A stretch of DNA of 64,000 bases from Eledone cirrhosa (GCA_964016885.1 OZ024741.1:365552001-365616000); one strand, 5' to 3'; positions 1 to 14,296 are shown, counted from the stretch's first letter. Made by a program: numbers and translations. Notes: generated by a model not told the origin, from the letters alone.

Positions 1-1676
1 CGCATGATGTTGAACGATTCCGAAAGGTGACCATTCACTCTCACCACTGAGCAGATGTCGCTGTGCATGGCATCGATCCAGCCTCTGAAGACGGGCCCAA
101 AGCCAGCCGCCTTCAATACTGCCGCTAGGTAACGATGGTCGATCCTATCGAAAGCTTTCGACTGATCTAAATTGATCAAGGACCTACCCGTGCCAGGTTC
201 CCTAGCTACCCTCTCTACGATGTATCGCATGAGGTGGAGGTTGTCGGGAATGGCGCGTGTCTGCGCCTCTCCCACCAGACCACCAACGACAAGCACCAAC
301 CTCTTTGCTAGCACCTTGGCCAAAATCTTGAACTCTGTGTTTAGCAGAGTTATGGGCCTGAAATTATCTATGTTATCCCCCTTGTCCGGATCCTTTCTCA
401 GCAGCGCCACCGCTCCTCGGTTCACAGAGCTGGGAATAATCCCGTTCTGTTGCCAATTGCAGTAGACGTCCGCCAAGAGGCCTCCGAACAAGTTTGGCAT
501 CTGTACGTAAAGTTCATAGTGCAGACCATCCAAACCAGGCGATTTACCCCTTGTGCAGCCAGTCATTTCCTCCCGTACTTCAGCGGCTGTTATCGGCTTT
601 TCGCAACACTCCGCCTCAGTGGCCGAGAGACGCGGTAGTCCATCCAGGTAGACACTAAAGTCCATCCCTCGATCCGGCCCGCCGTTGCCCCCGAACAACT
701 GAGCGAAGTGTCACTGAAAAGCTTCACATATTTTGCCGGGGTCGAGTAGCATGCGCCCGTTGTGGTCCACCAAAGACCGGATCGTGGCTTTGTTGCCACG
801 ACGCGCCTCCGCCACTCGGGCCCATTGAACGGCTTTCGTCCCCTCGTGTCTGAGAGCACGCACCCTAGCTCTGATAACGCAGCCCTCGTGCTTTGCATTG
901 AAGAATTGGTCAAGGGCCAATTTCGCCACAATTACGTCGGTCGCAATGCCTTTGCTAAGCGCCCCGTCTAATTGTTTAACTAGTTCTTCCTCTGCTCTAT
1001 TTTTCTCTATTGCTAAAGCCTTACTAAATATAATCGACTCTATTCTAATCGCTCTTTTCAGAGCAAACCACCACTTGTTGACGATGGCCCCCGTCAACGC
1101 TCGCTTAACTAGTTCGCTAATCCGGTCTCTGTAGGCCTTGCGCGCTGGTAAGGACGCGTTTAGCTTCCAGTAGCCGGGTCCTCGTCTATGAAGCCTATCT
1201 AAGTCAAGCACACAGATCAGGAATTTGTAGTCCGTGTAGCTGAATATCTTGAATTGTGGACAGCCTATGCTAGACCTATCTATTTCCCTACAAAATACTC
1301 TATCTAGATATGATCTGGATGACCCTATGCGGTTTGTCCAAGTCCACATTGGCACATTCGGGAAATCCAATCGGTACCTGTCAGACAGTTCAAAACGCCT
1401 GAGCAGGTTGGTGAGACTCTTGCACCCTCCTCCCCTATCCACTAATCCCACACAGTCCCAGCGTGCATCTAAGATCCCGTTCCAGTCGCCCACTAACACT
1501 AAAGTGCGGGACGTTCCTAGAAAGGTCTCCAGATGCCGGAAGAAATCAGGCCGCTCTGCTACTGTCGGGGCATAGACGGCCACTAGCCTGAAAACTTGCC
1601 CGTCTCCGCTGGTGACGTCCAGCACCACCAACTTACCTTCTGGGTCCAGGATGATGGCCCGTATGGCGAGATCCAA
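1..1676 (-). pseudogene. ORF2 (AP endonuclease + reverse transcriptase) of a Tx1/L1-clade LINE; runs off the left window edge
   Basis: ORF 711-1676 has APE motifs VAVYAP, LVGDWNG, SYLDRV and Tx1-typical GPGYWKLN. After one in-frame TGA (711-713) the same frame continues GKSPGLDGL...NFRPITLLNTEFKILAK...NLDQSKAFDRIDH (RT). The APE N-terminus is missing at ~1680. Confidence 0.93.
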
Positions 1677-3127
1677 ACCTCTCCGAAGGCGACGATGCGC
1701 TGCTTCTGCGTTTGTGCCTTCTTACGACCTTTTGCCATCCCTCTCCCACCTCACACTCCATGTCCGATTCTGTGAGGTCGGGGAGGGGTACCAGCTCCAC
1801 TCTTTCACTTGTTGTTGTTGGTGATGGTTGCAGTGGAGTCTCTGTTGTAGCTGCAGTTGGTATTACTGTTGTTGTTGTTAATACCTCCACTGCAGCTGCT
1901 GTTCTTGATTTCCGTGGCGTGGGTATGGGTGCCACGGACCTATCCTTTCTGCTTGCCGCCTGTCCTTTTGCTGGTAGCAGTGGAGCCGGTTTCTGAAGGA
2001 GGGGGTTTTCTCCTTTCTCAGGGTCTTCTCATTGAAGGGTTTGGGGGGGGGGGGGGCAGTTTGACACTCACAATTTGCAGTAGGAGGGCACCAACACCAT
2101 TTCCTCGCTCCTTAGGGTCACGAAGGATTGAGCCTTTGCCTCCTGGGGTGTGGCAAAGAGCACGTCTACGGTGGCATATTTCTTGCCTCGGGTGATATGC
2201 GTTTTCCGCTGCCACACAGACCCTAAGGCTTTTTGTATTTGAACCTCTGTGGCTCTTTCAACCCTACGTGATTTTGTGCTTACTGTACGGTACGTGACCG
2301 TACAGTGCTGTTTGGTTTCGAAATATTTTTCGGCTGCCTTGCAGATTGCTCGGTGTCCGTCACCATCTTCTTTGCTTCCTGTAATTCCTCATTTGTTATA
2401 AGGATGGTCTCCAGGTTCTTTGCGATACCTGCAAACGAGATTGGTTTTTCTTTCTTGTTGTTGTCAGAGCTGCTGTTACTGTTGTTGTTGCTGCTGGTAC
2501 TACGACCGCCGCCGCCGCTATTGCTGTGGTTGCTGTTGCTGCCTTTGTTGTTGCTGTTGCTGCTGTTGTTTATGCTGCTGCTACTAGTGTTTTCCTTGTC
2601 ACTGTTGCTGCTCTGTTATTACGGCTGCTGCTGCTATTCGTCAGACGAATGAAATGGCTTTCCGTATTTACCGCACACATATTTCGTCGTTGTCGTGGAG
2701 AAATGTTCCACGGTATGCACATTCTCTTGGTCAAAGCTACCAGAAACTATTTTTCTTTTTCTTTAATGGCATTGCTTGCGAAAGAGGCGACACCACATTA
2801 TGGAAGGGAGGGAGAGAGAGACAATCTTCTCTCTGATGTAATGACGATTGAGGAAGAAGAAGACGGAAAGAGTGGGAGTGACTTGTGAAAATTCTTTTTT
2901 GTAGCCATGTTTTTTTGTTTACGGTTTAAAATGAATATTGGGCACAAAATCCCAATACGCGGTTATTTAACCCCGAAGAGACAAATAACGGGCAGAAAGA
3001 TACCTCTCACGAGGAGGAGGGTGTTTTTATCTACAATTTGGTTCAAGTTTTAAACAATTTACAATTGTTATAGCGGTTAAAAATGACTATACCTAACAGA
3101 GCCGAGCCTCCGTCAACGATGGCATTC
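1677..3127 (-). mobile_element. Degraded ORF1 and 5' region of the same Tx1/L1-type LINE, including a CAA/CAG low-complexity tract
   Basis: GC-richer sequence contiguous with ORF2. Broken minus-strand frames (KPISFAGIAKNLE..., Thr/Pro-rich 1633-1935). Composition drops to background after ~3127. Confidence 0.55.
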
Positions 3128-4623
3128 AATAATAATAGTAGTCGTCGTCGTCATCATATTCCGAGTACAACTTGCATTTTTGTTATACCCATTGAAGGAT
3201 GCGCCAAATATTTCAAAGCAAATATTACCTGACGTTGGCGCACTAAGTCCATGGAATGTGGACGCGTTTATCTCTCCATAAAACGCAAACAGCGAATAGA
3301 AATTCGAAGAAATTCTAAGCCGTATTTTCTTATTTCAGAACGAAAAGTGAAGTTGACATCATTGGAATTTGAAATCAGAACGTAAAATGCGGGAGCAATA
3401 TAACGCATTTCAGAAATTTTGTCCGCTGTGCTAATTAACAAAAAATATACAAGACATTTATTTATTCAGAATTTTAGATCTTGATTTTGTGCACGATTCT
3501 TAATTGGAAAAATATCTGTGTATTGTGATAACCTTTTATAAAAAGAATTCATTACGATATTGTGAAGGCTATACATTAAAAAGAAAATATGTTACTTTAG
3601 CTATCTGACATTTTTATTATTAATGCCAAGGGTTATTTAAAGTAACCTTTCATTTGCTCACAATGCGAAACACATTTTCCTTATTTATAAAGAAAAATAT
3701 TTACGAATACTTTTAAAGTTTTCTGCCTTCTCCCTACTAAAGTTTATTAGATTTGCGGTAGAAATGTCATCACAAAAACTGAATATAAATATCCAAATTG
3801 TTTTTCTCTTTCTTTTATTTTACAATAGTTAATTTTGACGAATTAAATCTTACTTCGCTATCTGTGATTTGTCTTTGACAGCCTTTGTTTTGCTATCCCA
3901 TAATTTAACTACAAATAACTTTGTTTATATGAAATCCCCAAGTGTTCTTAAAATAAACTTCGACAGAGGAATTAATTTTAACATTCTTTTATTTTTTTAT
4001 TCGTTTATTTCTTAACTCGTTACAGCATTGTGTGTGTGTGTGTGTATGGGGGGGGGGGGGGTGATTGCAGATATTTCGGTACATGACCTTTAGTATACGG
4101 TCGATAAAATCATCTAGTACTTATTCTATCGATCTCTCTTTGTTGAACCACTGAGTTAGGGGGCATAAAGGAAGACCACAGTTTTTTTAGACGGTGTCAA
4201 CATCAATACACACACTGGCGTTCTCGATAATAAATATTTATTTTACCAAGAAAATGACAGCAACGAATTCAGATTCCACGTTTTGGTTTGAAACTGTATT
4301 AATAATGAATATTAACTTTTCCTAGCAATAACGTAAAGAACACCTATCTAGATTCAAAGCGGCATCACTGAAACAACTTTAAAAAGTCGTCGTAACTATC
4401 ACGGGTGTCATGTATTAAAATAAAAAAAAGTAGTCCAGATCTGGACGCCACATTTTCTTCATATCTAAATACACATAAAAATCCAATAAAAATATTTATC
4501 AACAAAAACAGAGTTACGCACGATATAATCTTAACCATTTCTCCCCCATTAATTAAAGATAAACAACCAATAATGGATGACAGGAAGAATTAATGACTAT
4601 GAACATAGCTGCGCGTATTTCTT

Positions 4624-4664
<41 letters not shown>

Positions 4665-4721
4665 CCACTCATTTAACACACAGAGATGCACATACACAAC
4701 TGTGGGTGCGTATGGTTGTAA

Positions 4722-4792
<71 letters not shown>

Positions 4793-4849
4793 TTCGTTTT
4801 TGTATTTGTTTTGCAAGATTTCTTGTCTGATAATCTGTGTTGAAACAAA

Positions 4850-5345
4850 TATTGTTATAATGGGGGGGGGGGGGTCATACTGCCAATAAAAACACACGCA
4901 CCTGAGATGTTCACTTTAATTTATTATACATTTCCCGTTGGCTGGTTCAATAATTAGATGGTTTATTTATTGTCAAAACTCTTTTGACAGACATTATGTG
5001 ACTTCCTCCATGACTGATTTTATTTTGGGTCTTCTTTGTTCTTTCCTACACCACTTGTTTGTGTGTGTTGTGTGCTGTGTACTTGGTTTGTGCATGCGTT
5101 ATAGGTGTGTGTTTTTATTCATTTATTTATACGTTTATTTATTTGTCACTAATTTCTTGCTTGTTCTAGCTGTAGGTGTCTGGTTTGTTTTATTAGTTTG
5201 GTTCATGTGTGTCTTTATATTGTCCTTAATTATCAGTTGTGGTGTTGTTGCTATTCCACCCGGAAACCAGTAATACATTGAAGCGAAATCCAAAAAGTGC
5301 GTTTGTATCTATTGGCTGCTAGACCCTCCCAAAGTATAACAATAT
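4850..5345 (-). mobile_element. Old 3' end/pLTR remnant of PLE family A, with an inverted copy of the terminus
   Basis: 4850-5250 resembles 44364-44770, 52262-52683 and 59908-60330 (tattgttata...gccaataa.aaacacacgcacc). Decayed HHR at 4971-5015. 5278-5345 is the reverse complement of the terminus. Confidence 0.75.
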
Positions 5346-5959
5346 ATATTAATCAACAAGGAAAAATATCACAGAACAATGCAGTGCACATAGTGGTATA
5401 TTAGCATAAGGTTTGATATTGTTGTAAAATTAGCTTAGAGTTTCAAACGTTAAACCTTCATCAAAAGATAGAATAGATAAGGACTCTCTCGCATCCAGAG
5501 TGACAGAGAGATATATTTATTATGTATATATTTGTATATTTATACTGCCACTACATTAGTAAACTGTTTATGGCACTGATTGTAGTAACAAAAGTCAACA
5601 ACGAAAACAGAATCGACAACAGATACAGTAACAGAACATATACACAACAAGGGGAAACATGCAAACCAGTATAATAATGCTCTGAAGTATAGAGTACTGG
5701 GAAGAATAGCTCCTCAATTTTAAGGTTTGATGGCCCATTTGAGGTGTTTAAAACATCCTCTAGAGATGATGTCTGGAAAAGCAAAGCTGGTGGTTGTGGC
5801 ACATTGTCAACACTAACTTACTTTTGAATGAAATGGAAAAACATTTGAATGACGCTGGGAGCAGTAATGCTGAAGGTGACTTGGCCGACATGTGTCCCGT
5901 GAGTAACATAGGCCGGGTCACCATCTACACACTGCCGGAACAGGGTGTTCGAAGAAGCT

Positions 5960-8680
5960 GAATGTAACTGCAATGAGTCGTTTTTGAGGAGTTGAAAAAA
6001 AGGATTCAGACCAAAGCGTACAAGCTGAGAATGTTTGAACAAAGAACAAAACAATACAGAACCAATAGAATATTCCATTATGATAAAAAAGAGGGTACCA
6101 AGATCTTGGGGGTAGAAGTAAGAAAGAAAGAGTGGCAGTGGATAAAGAAAGGAGCAAAATATTTTGGTCAAACATCTGGTATAATGAGGTACGGCATAAT
6201 ACGTAAGGTGAATGGGTGAGGGAATTGAGGGAGAATAAAACAAATGGGAAGAAAAGTGGTATTGAAATAACAATAGGAATGGTATACATGCAAACAAAAT
6301 AAATTCCCAATTGGAAAGCTCCTGAACCTGATGGGGCGCAGGGATTTTGGTTGAAGAAGTGGACATCTTTACACGATTGAAACATGCAGAGATGTTAAAC
6401 ATGCAGAGATGCCTATATCTATGACAATTGGCAGGACTGTGCTCTGTCAGAAGGACCCTGCTAAAAGCAATGTAGTATATCATTTTAGACCCATATCTTG
6501 TTTGCCACTAATGTCGAAACTTATGACTGAGACCGTGTATAAATTCCTTGAGGAGAATGAAATTCTACTGGAAGAGAAAACAGGATGCAAAAAGAACTGC
6601 ATGGATTCAAAAGATCTACTGCTGATTGATGAAATATTCTTTGCATATTATAAAGCGTAGTACAAGGATTTAGCATGGCGTAGCTGGATAAGTCAGGCTA
6701 AGAAATTGTCCTCTACACGTAGAGTGTCTGAAATTTACTAAACTGTTAGACAATGTAATTGGTTTACAGAAACATCGATGGCCAGCTAGAAAACAGGGTT
6801 GGTTTACTGTGGGAACAGTTAGGTTCTGCTAAGATACGTAGAGTTATATTTCATGCAGACATTTTATCACCACACTTAGTTATCATCTGCATGATCACTC
6901 TGACCCAAGTTCTTTAAAAAGTTAAAATTCGATTTGTACTAGATGTTCTAAAGATCAACCATCTGTTATTCATGGCTGATTTAAAGTACAAAATTGACAG
7001 CTTAACATCTACTGTAAACCTGATTAATCAGGATATTGCGATGGAACTTTCATTTAAAAATGTGATATTGTAACTCTGAAACATGGAAAATTAATAAAAA
7101 TTAGAGGGATTAAGCTTGCAAATGGTCTGTGTATTAAAGAAATGGAAGAGCAAGAACACACGTATTTGGGAATCTTTGAGTTGGATGAAATCAAAGAGAA
7201 AGAAATTAAGTTGTTAAAAAAAAAATACTTCAGGTGAGTGAGACTTGTAATGTCGTCTAAATTGGATGGAAGAAATGAGACGACGGCGACAAATACATGA
7301 GCTGTATATCTCCTGCGCTATGGGGCAGGAGTTATTAAATGGAGAAAGATGATTTGGAAAGTATTGAGAAGAAAACTAGGAAAGTGATGACAGTGCATAA
7401 AGAACTCCAGCCAGAGTGTAATGTCGCCAGACGTTGTGTTGGAAGAAAGAAAGAAGAAAGAAGACTAATAAGTTGATAGAATTGTGTCAAAAGCTAAGTA
7501 ATCAACTTGGCTTGGTACTTTAAACATGTAAGAGGTAAAATCATGTCAAAGGTAAGTGATCTCGACACATTCAAATGTACTGATACAGAAGCAACCAATG
7601 AATGCAAGAAGGGAATGGATAACAAATTTGAAAAGGAATGGAAGGATAAACGTACGCATGGCGAGTATACTATAGATAAAGTAGACATTCGTTGGGAAAA
7701 GAGCTGATCGTGGCTTAAAAATAGTGATCTGAAAGGACGCACTGAAATTCTTTTGTGCAACGCCCAGGAAAAAGCTCTTCGTACTAACTACATTAAACAT
7801 CACATTGGAAAAACGATAAAATTCCCATAATGTAGAATGTGTTGAACGAAAGGAAAAAACGATCAACAATATTTTAAAGCGTATATGTCAAGTTGGCACA
7901 GTGGAGTGCAAAAGAGGACATAATTGTTTCTACTTTTGGCACAAGGCCAGCAAATACCCAATATATTACTGGTACTTCATTTTATCGATCCCGTAAGGAT
8001 GATAGGTAAAGTTAACCTCGACAGGATTTGAACTCAGACCGTAAAGGGACGTAACTATGCTGGAAAGCATAGTGTCAGATCCTCCACCGGTACTGCCAAT
8101 TCATTTGATGATATCTCAGAAATGTGCGTTTTTTAGAGCAACGAAATGGTATGAGCGGAGACCTAAAAGTGTGATAGAGAATGACGAATTTAAGCTTTTG
8201 TGAGGCTTCCCCATTCAATGCCATTGAACGATTTAGGCAAGAAGACCAGACATTTTAGTTGTGAAAAAGATAAAAGAGGCCCAAATAATCGATATCTCGA
8301 TCAAAGAAGATAGATGAGTGAAGGATAAAGAACATGACAAGACGGAGAAATATGAGCCACTGATGTAGAAGGCTAGAGAGGTGTGGGAGATGAAGAAGTT
8401 TTTAATGATTCCAGTAGTGATTGGAGCATTGGGATACATATCGAACAGTTTTGAGGACTGTAAATAGAATCACAATTGATGCAAAGTTACAGGTCATGCA
8501 GAAGACAGCAATTCTTGGTACAGCAAGGGTTTTAAGGAAAGACTTGCTTCTATAAGGCACAGTAGAGGATGTAGTGAGGAGCATTAGTCACCTTGTTGTT
8601 GACTGCTCCCTAACTAAAATATTCAGATCGTTTAACATCTCAGTGTATGAGATTTACAAAAATGAACCATAATAACAATA
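5960..8680 (+). pseudogene. Decayed R4/Dong-type non-LTR retrotransposon (RT + restriction-like endonuclease), interrupted by a SINE
   Basis: Fragmented motifs in order: IPNWKAP.PDG.QGFW, GRTVLCQKDP...FRPISCLPL, KDLLLID, INHLLFMADLK, YLGI, RRPDILVV, IIDIS, IPVVIGALG, MQKTAILGTARVLRK. Many stops and frameshifts. Confidence 0.88.
7921..8101 (-). mobile_element. tRNA-derived SINE with Meta/MESC-like central domain
   Basis: Minus strand has a B-box-like gagttcaaatcc followed by ...ctttacctatcatccttacgggatcgataaaatgaagtaccag, matching the copies at 31.8, 49.7 and 57.1 kb. Confidence 0.85.
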
Positions 8681-8699
8681 TATATATATAAAGAACAAA

Positions 8700-8935
8700 A
8701 TGAGGTTTCAAACTAGAATTTTTATTATGCTCAGTTACGAACTTTTCAGAGGTGGGTGGCTCAGTATTCATATTAATTATATAAACCCAACTCTAGACCC
8801 AATCTGCTCATCAGACTTATTAATCAGGCAAAACCAAAATCTCCGGTCTATAACAATAGTCAGGATCCTGAGCCACCCATCTGTCAAACATTTGTAACTG
8901 AGCCTAGTAAATAAAAACCCAAATGTGAAACCTCG
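8700..8935. repeat. Small foldback element with ~65-bp imperfect inverted arms
   Basis: gaggtttca...gctcagttacgaac...ggtgggtggctcag versus ctgagccacccatc...ttgtaactgagc...tgaaacctc. Confidence 0.65.
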
Positions 8936-8975
8936 ATTTGTTAATATATATATTTCACTATAGCATTGAATGCCG

Positions 8976-9044
<69 letters not shown>

Positions 9045-9175
9045 GTGAGGTTTCTTTTACAAAATGAAAAATAACCGAGGTGTCCTACATGAGTGAAAGT
9101 ATAAAGAAAAAGAGATGAAATCGAAAATGCAACTGGAGTCTTATTTTTTTTAAAAATATATATATATATTTGGTT

Positions 9176-9213
9176 CCTTTACCGGTTTCGCAGTTCTTCT
9201 GCTTTTCAAAAGG
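9176..9213 (-). ncRNA. Minimal type-I hammerhead ribozyme, U3-A8 core variant (family C)
   Basis: CCTT-TTGAAAA-GCAG-AAGAA-CTGC-GAA-ACCGGT-A-AAGG: stem I CCTT/AAGG, stem II GCAG/CTGC, palindromic stem III. Second copy at 41142-41179 (+). Confidence 0.75.
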
Positions 9214-9454
9214 TGAGTTGAGATGGAGGGTCTGTGGTTTTTCTCACATCTGGTTGGTCTCTGAATGTTACTTGTTTTATATGGAAAAAGTGGCTCGAAA
9301 TGCCAGGTTTTTCGAGAAGTAATTTGATTGGTTTGTCAATAATTATAATAAATTTCGCACCAGTTCGCGTTACAATAGTTCTTCAAATAAGAGAGGGGGG
9401 GGTTGTCACAGGTTGTTTTTTCATATATGATTGTTTGAATTTCTTTTTACTTGA

Positions 9455-10037
9455 AAAAAAGGGCTCACGAAGGCTTTTTTGGGGTTGGTTATAAATGAAA
9501 TTATGGCTGTCACGTGAACAAGTTTTCATTAAATTTTCGTGCCCTTATTTGGAAATCCATTCTGTAGCCATTTTAGAGAATTTTATGATAAGTGAAAGAT
9601 AATGGTCAAGTGAAAGGGATGGGAGAATTGTTCTGGTTCAGTGAATATGGCTAGTTCGCTGGGGTGTCAGAATTCAGATTTTCTATTGAATAAAGAAAGT
9701 AAAGATATGTATGTTTATTTGTGTGCTTGTGTGTGTGTTTGTGTGTGTGCGTTTGAATTTCTTTACTTTAAAAAAAGGTGGCTCACGAAAGCTTTTTTTA
9801 ATAAACGTGATTTGATTGGTTATAAATGAAATTTGGCTGTCACGTGAACAAGTTTTCATTACATTTTTGCGCCCTTATTTGGAAATCTATTCTGTAGCCT
9901 TTATAGAGAATGTTATGACAAGGGAAAGATAGTGGTCAAGAGAAATGGGATTGGGAGAATTGTTCTGGTTCAGTGAATATTTCGCTGGGGTGTCAGAGTT
10001 CAGATTTTCTATTGAAGTAAAGATATGTATGTTTATT

Positions 10038-10045
<8 letters not shown>
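9455..10045. repeat. Diverged tandem duplication, period ~318 bp, in the element carrying HHR family C
   Basis: ggctcacgaa...ggctgtcacgtgaacaagttttcatt...ctggttcagtgaatat occurs from 9461 and again from 9780. Confidence 0.8.
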
Positions 10046-10078
<33 letters not shown>

Positions 10079-10091
10079 GTGTGTGAGTGTG

Positions 10092-10122
<31 letters not shown>

Positions 10123-10356
10123 AGATGATTCTATTAGTAGAAATGGAGGAGGGAGTTGTGAGTGTGTGTATATGGGTGTTATGTGTGTGTGTGCGAGTAA
10201 GTTAAGATGGAGAGAATATATATTTTGTGTGCGTGTATATGTGTGTAGGAAAGTGGTTCTATTAGTAGAAATGGGGGAGAGAGTTGTGTGTGTGGGGGTT
10301 GTTATGTGTGTGGGAGTATGGTTAGCATGTTAAGATGAAGAGAATATATATATATA

Positions 10357-10490
<134 letters not shown>

Positions 10491-11317
10491 ATGATTCCTT
10501 TAGTAGGAATATTTTTGAATGAACCTATTTTCCTTACTTATTCGTATATATATATATATATATATATTCGTATATATATATATATATATATATATTCGTA
10601 TAAATATATATATATATTTCTATAGATATACGTGTGTGTGTATGTGTGTGTGTGTTCGTCTGTGTGTACCCTAAGGTAATTGGTGGGGCAGCAATGCGGG
10701 TGTGTATTCACAGGTCGATACACACATTTTTTCATATGTATACGTAAATTCCTCGTTTTTTTTTTCTCTCTCTCTATATATATAATATATATATATATAT
10801 ATACTTATATGCAGATGTATAATTTTGTCTGTACGTCTAAACATGTGTTTGTGTGTGTCTTAAATTTAATAATATATATATAGGTCTGTACTCATGTATA
10901 TTATATAAGTGCTATATTTAGTTGTGTTATATAATGTGTATATTGATATGAACAGACAAAAGCAATCAGCCAGGGGTCAGGTACAGTCAATTTGTTATGC
11001 ATATATTATAAGCCACTTTGAATTATTTCCGTTGCAAGTGCCATTAACTTTCATATATTTAAATTTTTTTTTTTTTTAATTACTTATTAATGAGAAATAA
11101 AATATCATAACAAATAACAATGTGCCTATTAACTTTATAGAAAAACAAATATCTTTCTCCAATTAATTAACTAATGACTAAGTATAAACATTATTCTTCT
11201 GTAATTACAATTGTCATTCATGATTACATTGAATTATTTACGTCTAAGACACCGGAGAACAATACAATTGCTTCTTAAGGAGAATAGTAAAAAGAATATC
11301 ACAGTATTTCATTAATG

Positions 11318-11660
11318 TGGAGGCGTGTAGCTTAGTGCTTCAGGGTGTTCGGCTCTCGATCGTAAAGTCGTAGATTCCTTTTCCTGCGATGAGTTGTGTC
11401 CTTGAGCAATAACATTTATTTCTCGTTGCTTTAGTCTACTCAGCTTGCAAAATGAGTTGTATCTGTAATTCAAACTGTTACACTTCTCACACACTCTGTA
11501 ATTGTACATCTTCAGAACCATGTTGAAGGGCCACCTATATACGGAATGCCCAGTCACGCGCATGTTAATATCCAGAACAGAAGACCCTTTTGTTGGAACA
11601 ACTGAAATACTCGTCGTTACAAGTGAAAGTCTTCTTGCCTATGGGAGAGGACGAAACCAT
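11318..11660 (+). mobile_element. tRNA-derived SINE of a second family (Nin/Deu-like domain)
   Basis: tRNA-like head ggaggcgtgtagcttagtg... followed by gtgtccttgagcaa...tagtctactcagct. Confidence 0.6.
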
Positions 11661-11687
11661 TTTGATATAGGTATGTTTAGAGCATTG

Positions 11688-11897
11688 GATTAGCAGCATT
11701 GCTGGAGCATCGGAAAACTGGCTTTGCGACGTATATTACACCTCTATTCGTTCTGAGTTCAAAACCCGCCGAGATTAGCTTTATTTTTCATCTTTTGGGG
11801 GTCGATACAATGGAGTACCAACACCGTACTGAGGTTGATTTAATCGACTTCCCCTCCCCAAAAATTGTTGGCCTTGTGCATAAATCAGAAACATTAT
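11688..11897 (+). mobile_element. tRNA-derived Meta/MESC-like SINE (diverged)
   Basis: ctgagttcaaaacccgccgag...ggggtcgata...gagtacc...ggccttgtgc. Confidence 0.75.
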
Positions 11898-12825
11898 ACA
11901 TATGGTTATATGTCTTCATCTCAAGTACTATGTGAGTGATTTGGGTAAATACTGGTTATCTTATTCATGCAAAAAGATTTTCTTTTATTCTAAAAGGATA
12001 GTTGAAAGGTATGTTTATGGTTAAAAGTGATGAACATCAAGTTGAAGAAAACAACTTTCTCATTAATCGTTCCATGCCTCATAATATATATCAGTAGCAA
12101 TTCCAGCCATTTGGAGGCATGATTTGAAATTATAACGCGCAGGTCTAAATTAGATACAAAAAGCTTTCTGTCAGACTTTTTAACAATTCCTTCAATCGAC
12201 CATCCCTCCTGACTAATACTTCATTTATCGACCACGATTGCATTAAATACAAAGTTGATTTTTTGCTGGATGTCAACATGGAGTGAAGGGAGCCGTAACA
12301 AATATATATTCCGTAGCCCTATCAAATTTCACAATTCTCTGCAATGGATTATGAATAAATACTTTATAAAAACATTCTTGATTGCCAAGTATGTGACAGC
12401 AACCAATCTAAAGTGCAAGTTTTCGGTAAGACAACGGTATTAGTTATTGGCAAAGACACATATGCGGTTGAGATATTTGAATAATTGTGCTGTTAATAAT
12501 GAAATAATGAACACTCTTCCGTAAAACAGCTTTAAAAATATGCGATATCAAGCACGTGGGGGGGATTAATCAGTGAATAGAAAAAAAGAAACGGACCAAA
12601 ATATAAATTTCTACTAATCTTACTAATATTTTTCTAGAGGCATGATAAGGAAATTTTGGAGGAAAAGATCATTCGACTATATCGACTCTAGCACTTTTTA
12701 ATTCTGGTACTTAATCTATCGATATTTGTTTGGCGAATCGATAAGTTACAGGAGATAAAAGCAAATGTAGACATAGACAAGGACGCAGGCTCAGGCATAC
12801 AGAAACACACACACCCCACACACAT

Positions 12826-12861
<36 letters not shown>

Positions 12862-12863
<2 letters not shown>

Positions 12864-13150
12864 CCAGGGGGTGTAACGTGGAGTTACTGTAGGTTCACCC
12901 GCGTGAGCACTCGATGTTTAGGTTCACTTCTGTGTCGAGGTGTAGAGCTAAACAGAGTGTATTATAATAAAATAAAACAATGACGAGTCGTTACTCCTTC
13001 ATTACGTTTATTAAAAGGAGTATGACGAGCCGATGATTACAGAGTCGGGCTAGATCGATACAGATCGAACCTTGAGCTGATCAATGGCGAAACGTTCATC
13101 ACCAACCAATAAACGTAATGAAGGAGTAACCACTCGTACTTGTTTTATTT

Positions 13151-13187
<37 letters not shown>

Positions 13188-13320
13188 TACACACAAACAC
13201 GCACACACATACACACATACACACATATATATATTTCCTAAAAGGTGATCTGTTATGTCTTCATTACGCTTATTGAGTAGTGACGCGCGTTTCGCTATTG
13301 ATCAGCTCAAGGTTCGATCA
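12862..13320. mobile_element. Three solo pLTR fragments (direct, inverted, direct) of the Naiad-type PLE at 15-22 kb, with HHR at ~13017-13103 (+)
   Basis: 12862-13012 matches 14996-15145 and 19812-19958. 13017-13157 is the reverse complement, with ATGACGA-GCCGATGAT...ATCAATGGC-GAAAC. 13258-13320 is a further direct piece. Confidence 0.85.
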
Positions 13321-13330
13321 AGGTTACACT

Positions 13331-13425
<95 letters not shown>

Positions 13426-14296
13426 AGAAAGAGAGAGAGAAGGGGGATATAACCGATAGTCTTTTGCAATTTCCGTGCGTCAAATTTTACGAAATCCTTA
13501 ATCAGACAGCTATGCTGGATTAATAACAGTGTATTAAACAGATTTGTTAAGATCATAACCATATAAATTAGTTTTACAAATTTTTCATTAGTTCTTTATA
13601 TGTGATAAAAGGTTCTGAATCTTCTTAAATATTAACGTTTTTAGCACCAATCTATTAATAAATATTTACGCATTATTCCTAACTGTGAAATGAAGGCTAT
13701 TTTATTTCATCGATTTCGTGGCCATGTTATGTCCAGAGTTTCATATCAATAGACAGGTGGCCGTCTATTTCAATGCCGATTCATGTAGTTTTAAATAAAC
13801 ATAACAATCGGTGTGATGCGTTGAGGGAATATGGGATTATAGAAATATGCTGAGCTCAAACGCAGAAATAACTATAAAACAACCGGTTGATATAAATAAC
13901 TATAGCAAAGACGTTTGGGTAAAATACCCAGGAGACGAGGAAGAGTGGTCAATAGGACGTGGGAGAAGAAGTAAATTCTAAAAGGGAAAGATAAAGCTGA
14001 AAGATATATTTCTACAAACACATTTCTTCAGCGCTTCACATTGATTATTCGATATATATGTGCATTGCCCTATGTACTGTACATGCACTGTTTTGATGGG
14101 TTGTGGTGCACCTGGGCACTGTGCACAATATTTCATTATTGTTATTGTTATTATATCATGACTCATACACTGTTTATTTTCCTGACATTTGTACATTATT
14201 CTATGTACTATACATGCACCTTTGATGAGTTGTAGTGCACCTGAGCACTGTACACAATAATTTCATTATTATTATTATATATATATGTGTGTGTGT

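Noticed and set aside
711-713. In-frame TGA in the Tx1 ORF2 as programmed readthrough
   Set aside because: Single copy with other deletions; most simply a CGA to TGA decay mutation.
2305-2652. Poly-Leu membrane-like ORF
   Set aside because: Antisense reading of a CAA/CAG tract within the LINE 5' region.
5425-5470. TTGATGA...GAAAC hammerhead-like motif (similar weak ones at ~14010, ~41345 and ~50100)
   Set aside because: Stems do not pair convincingly; could be chance in AT-rich DNA.
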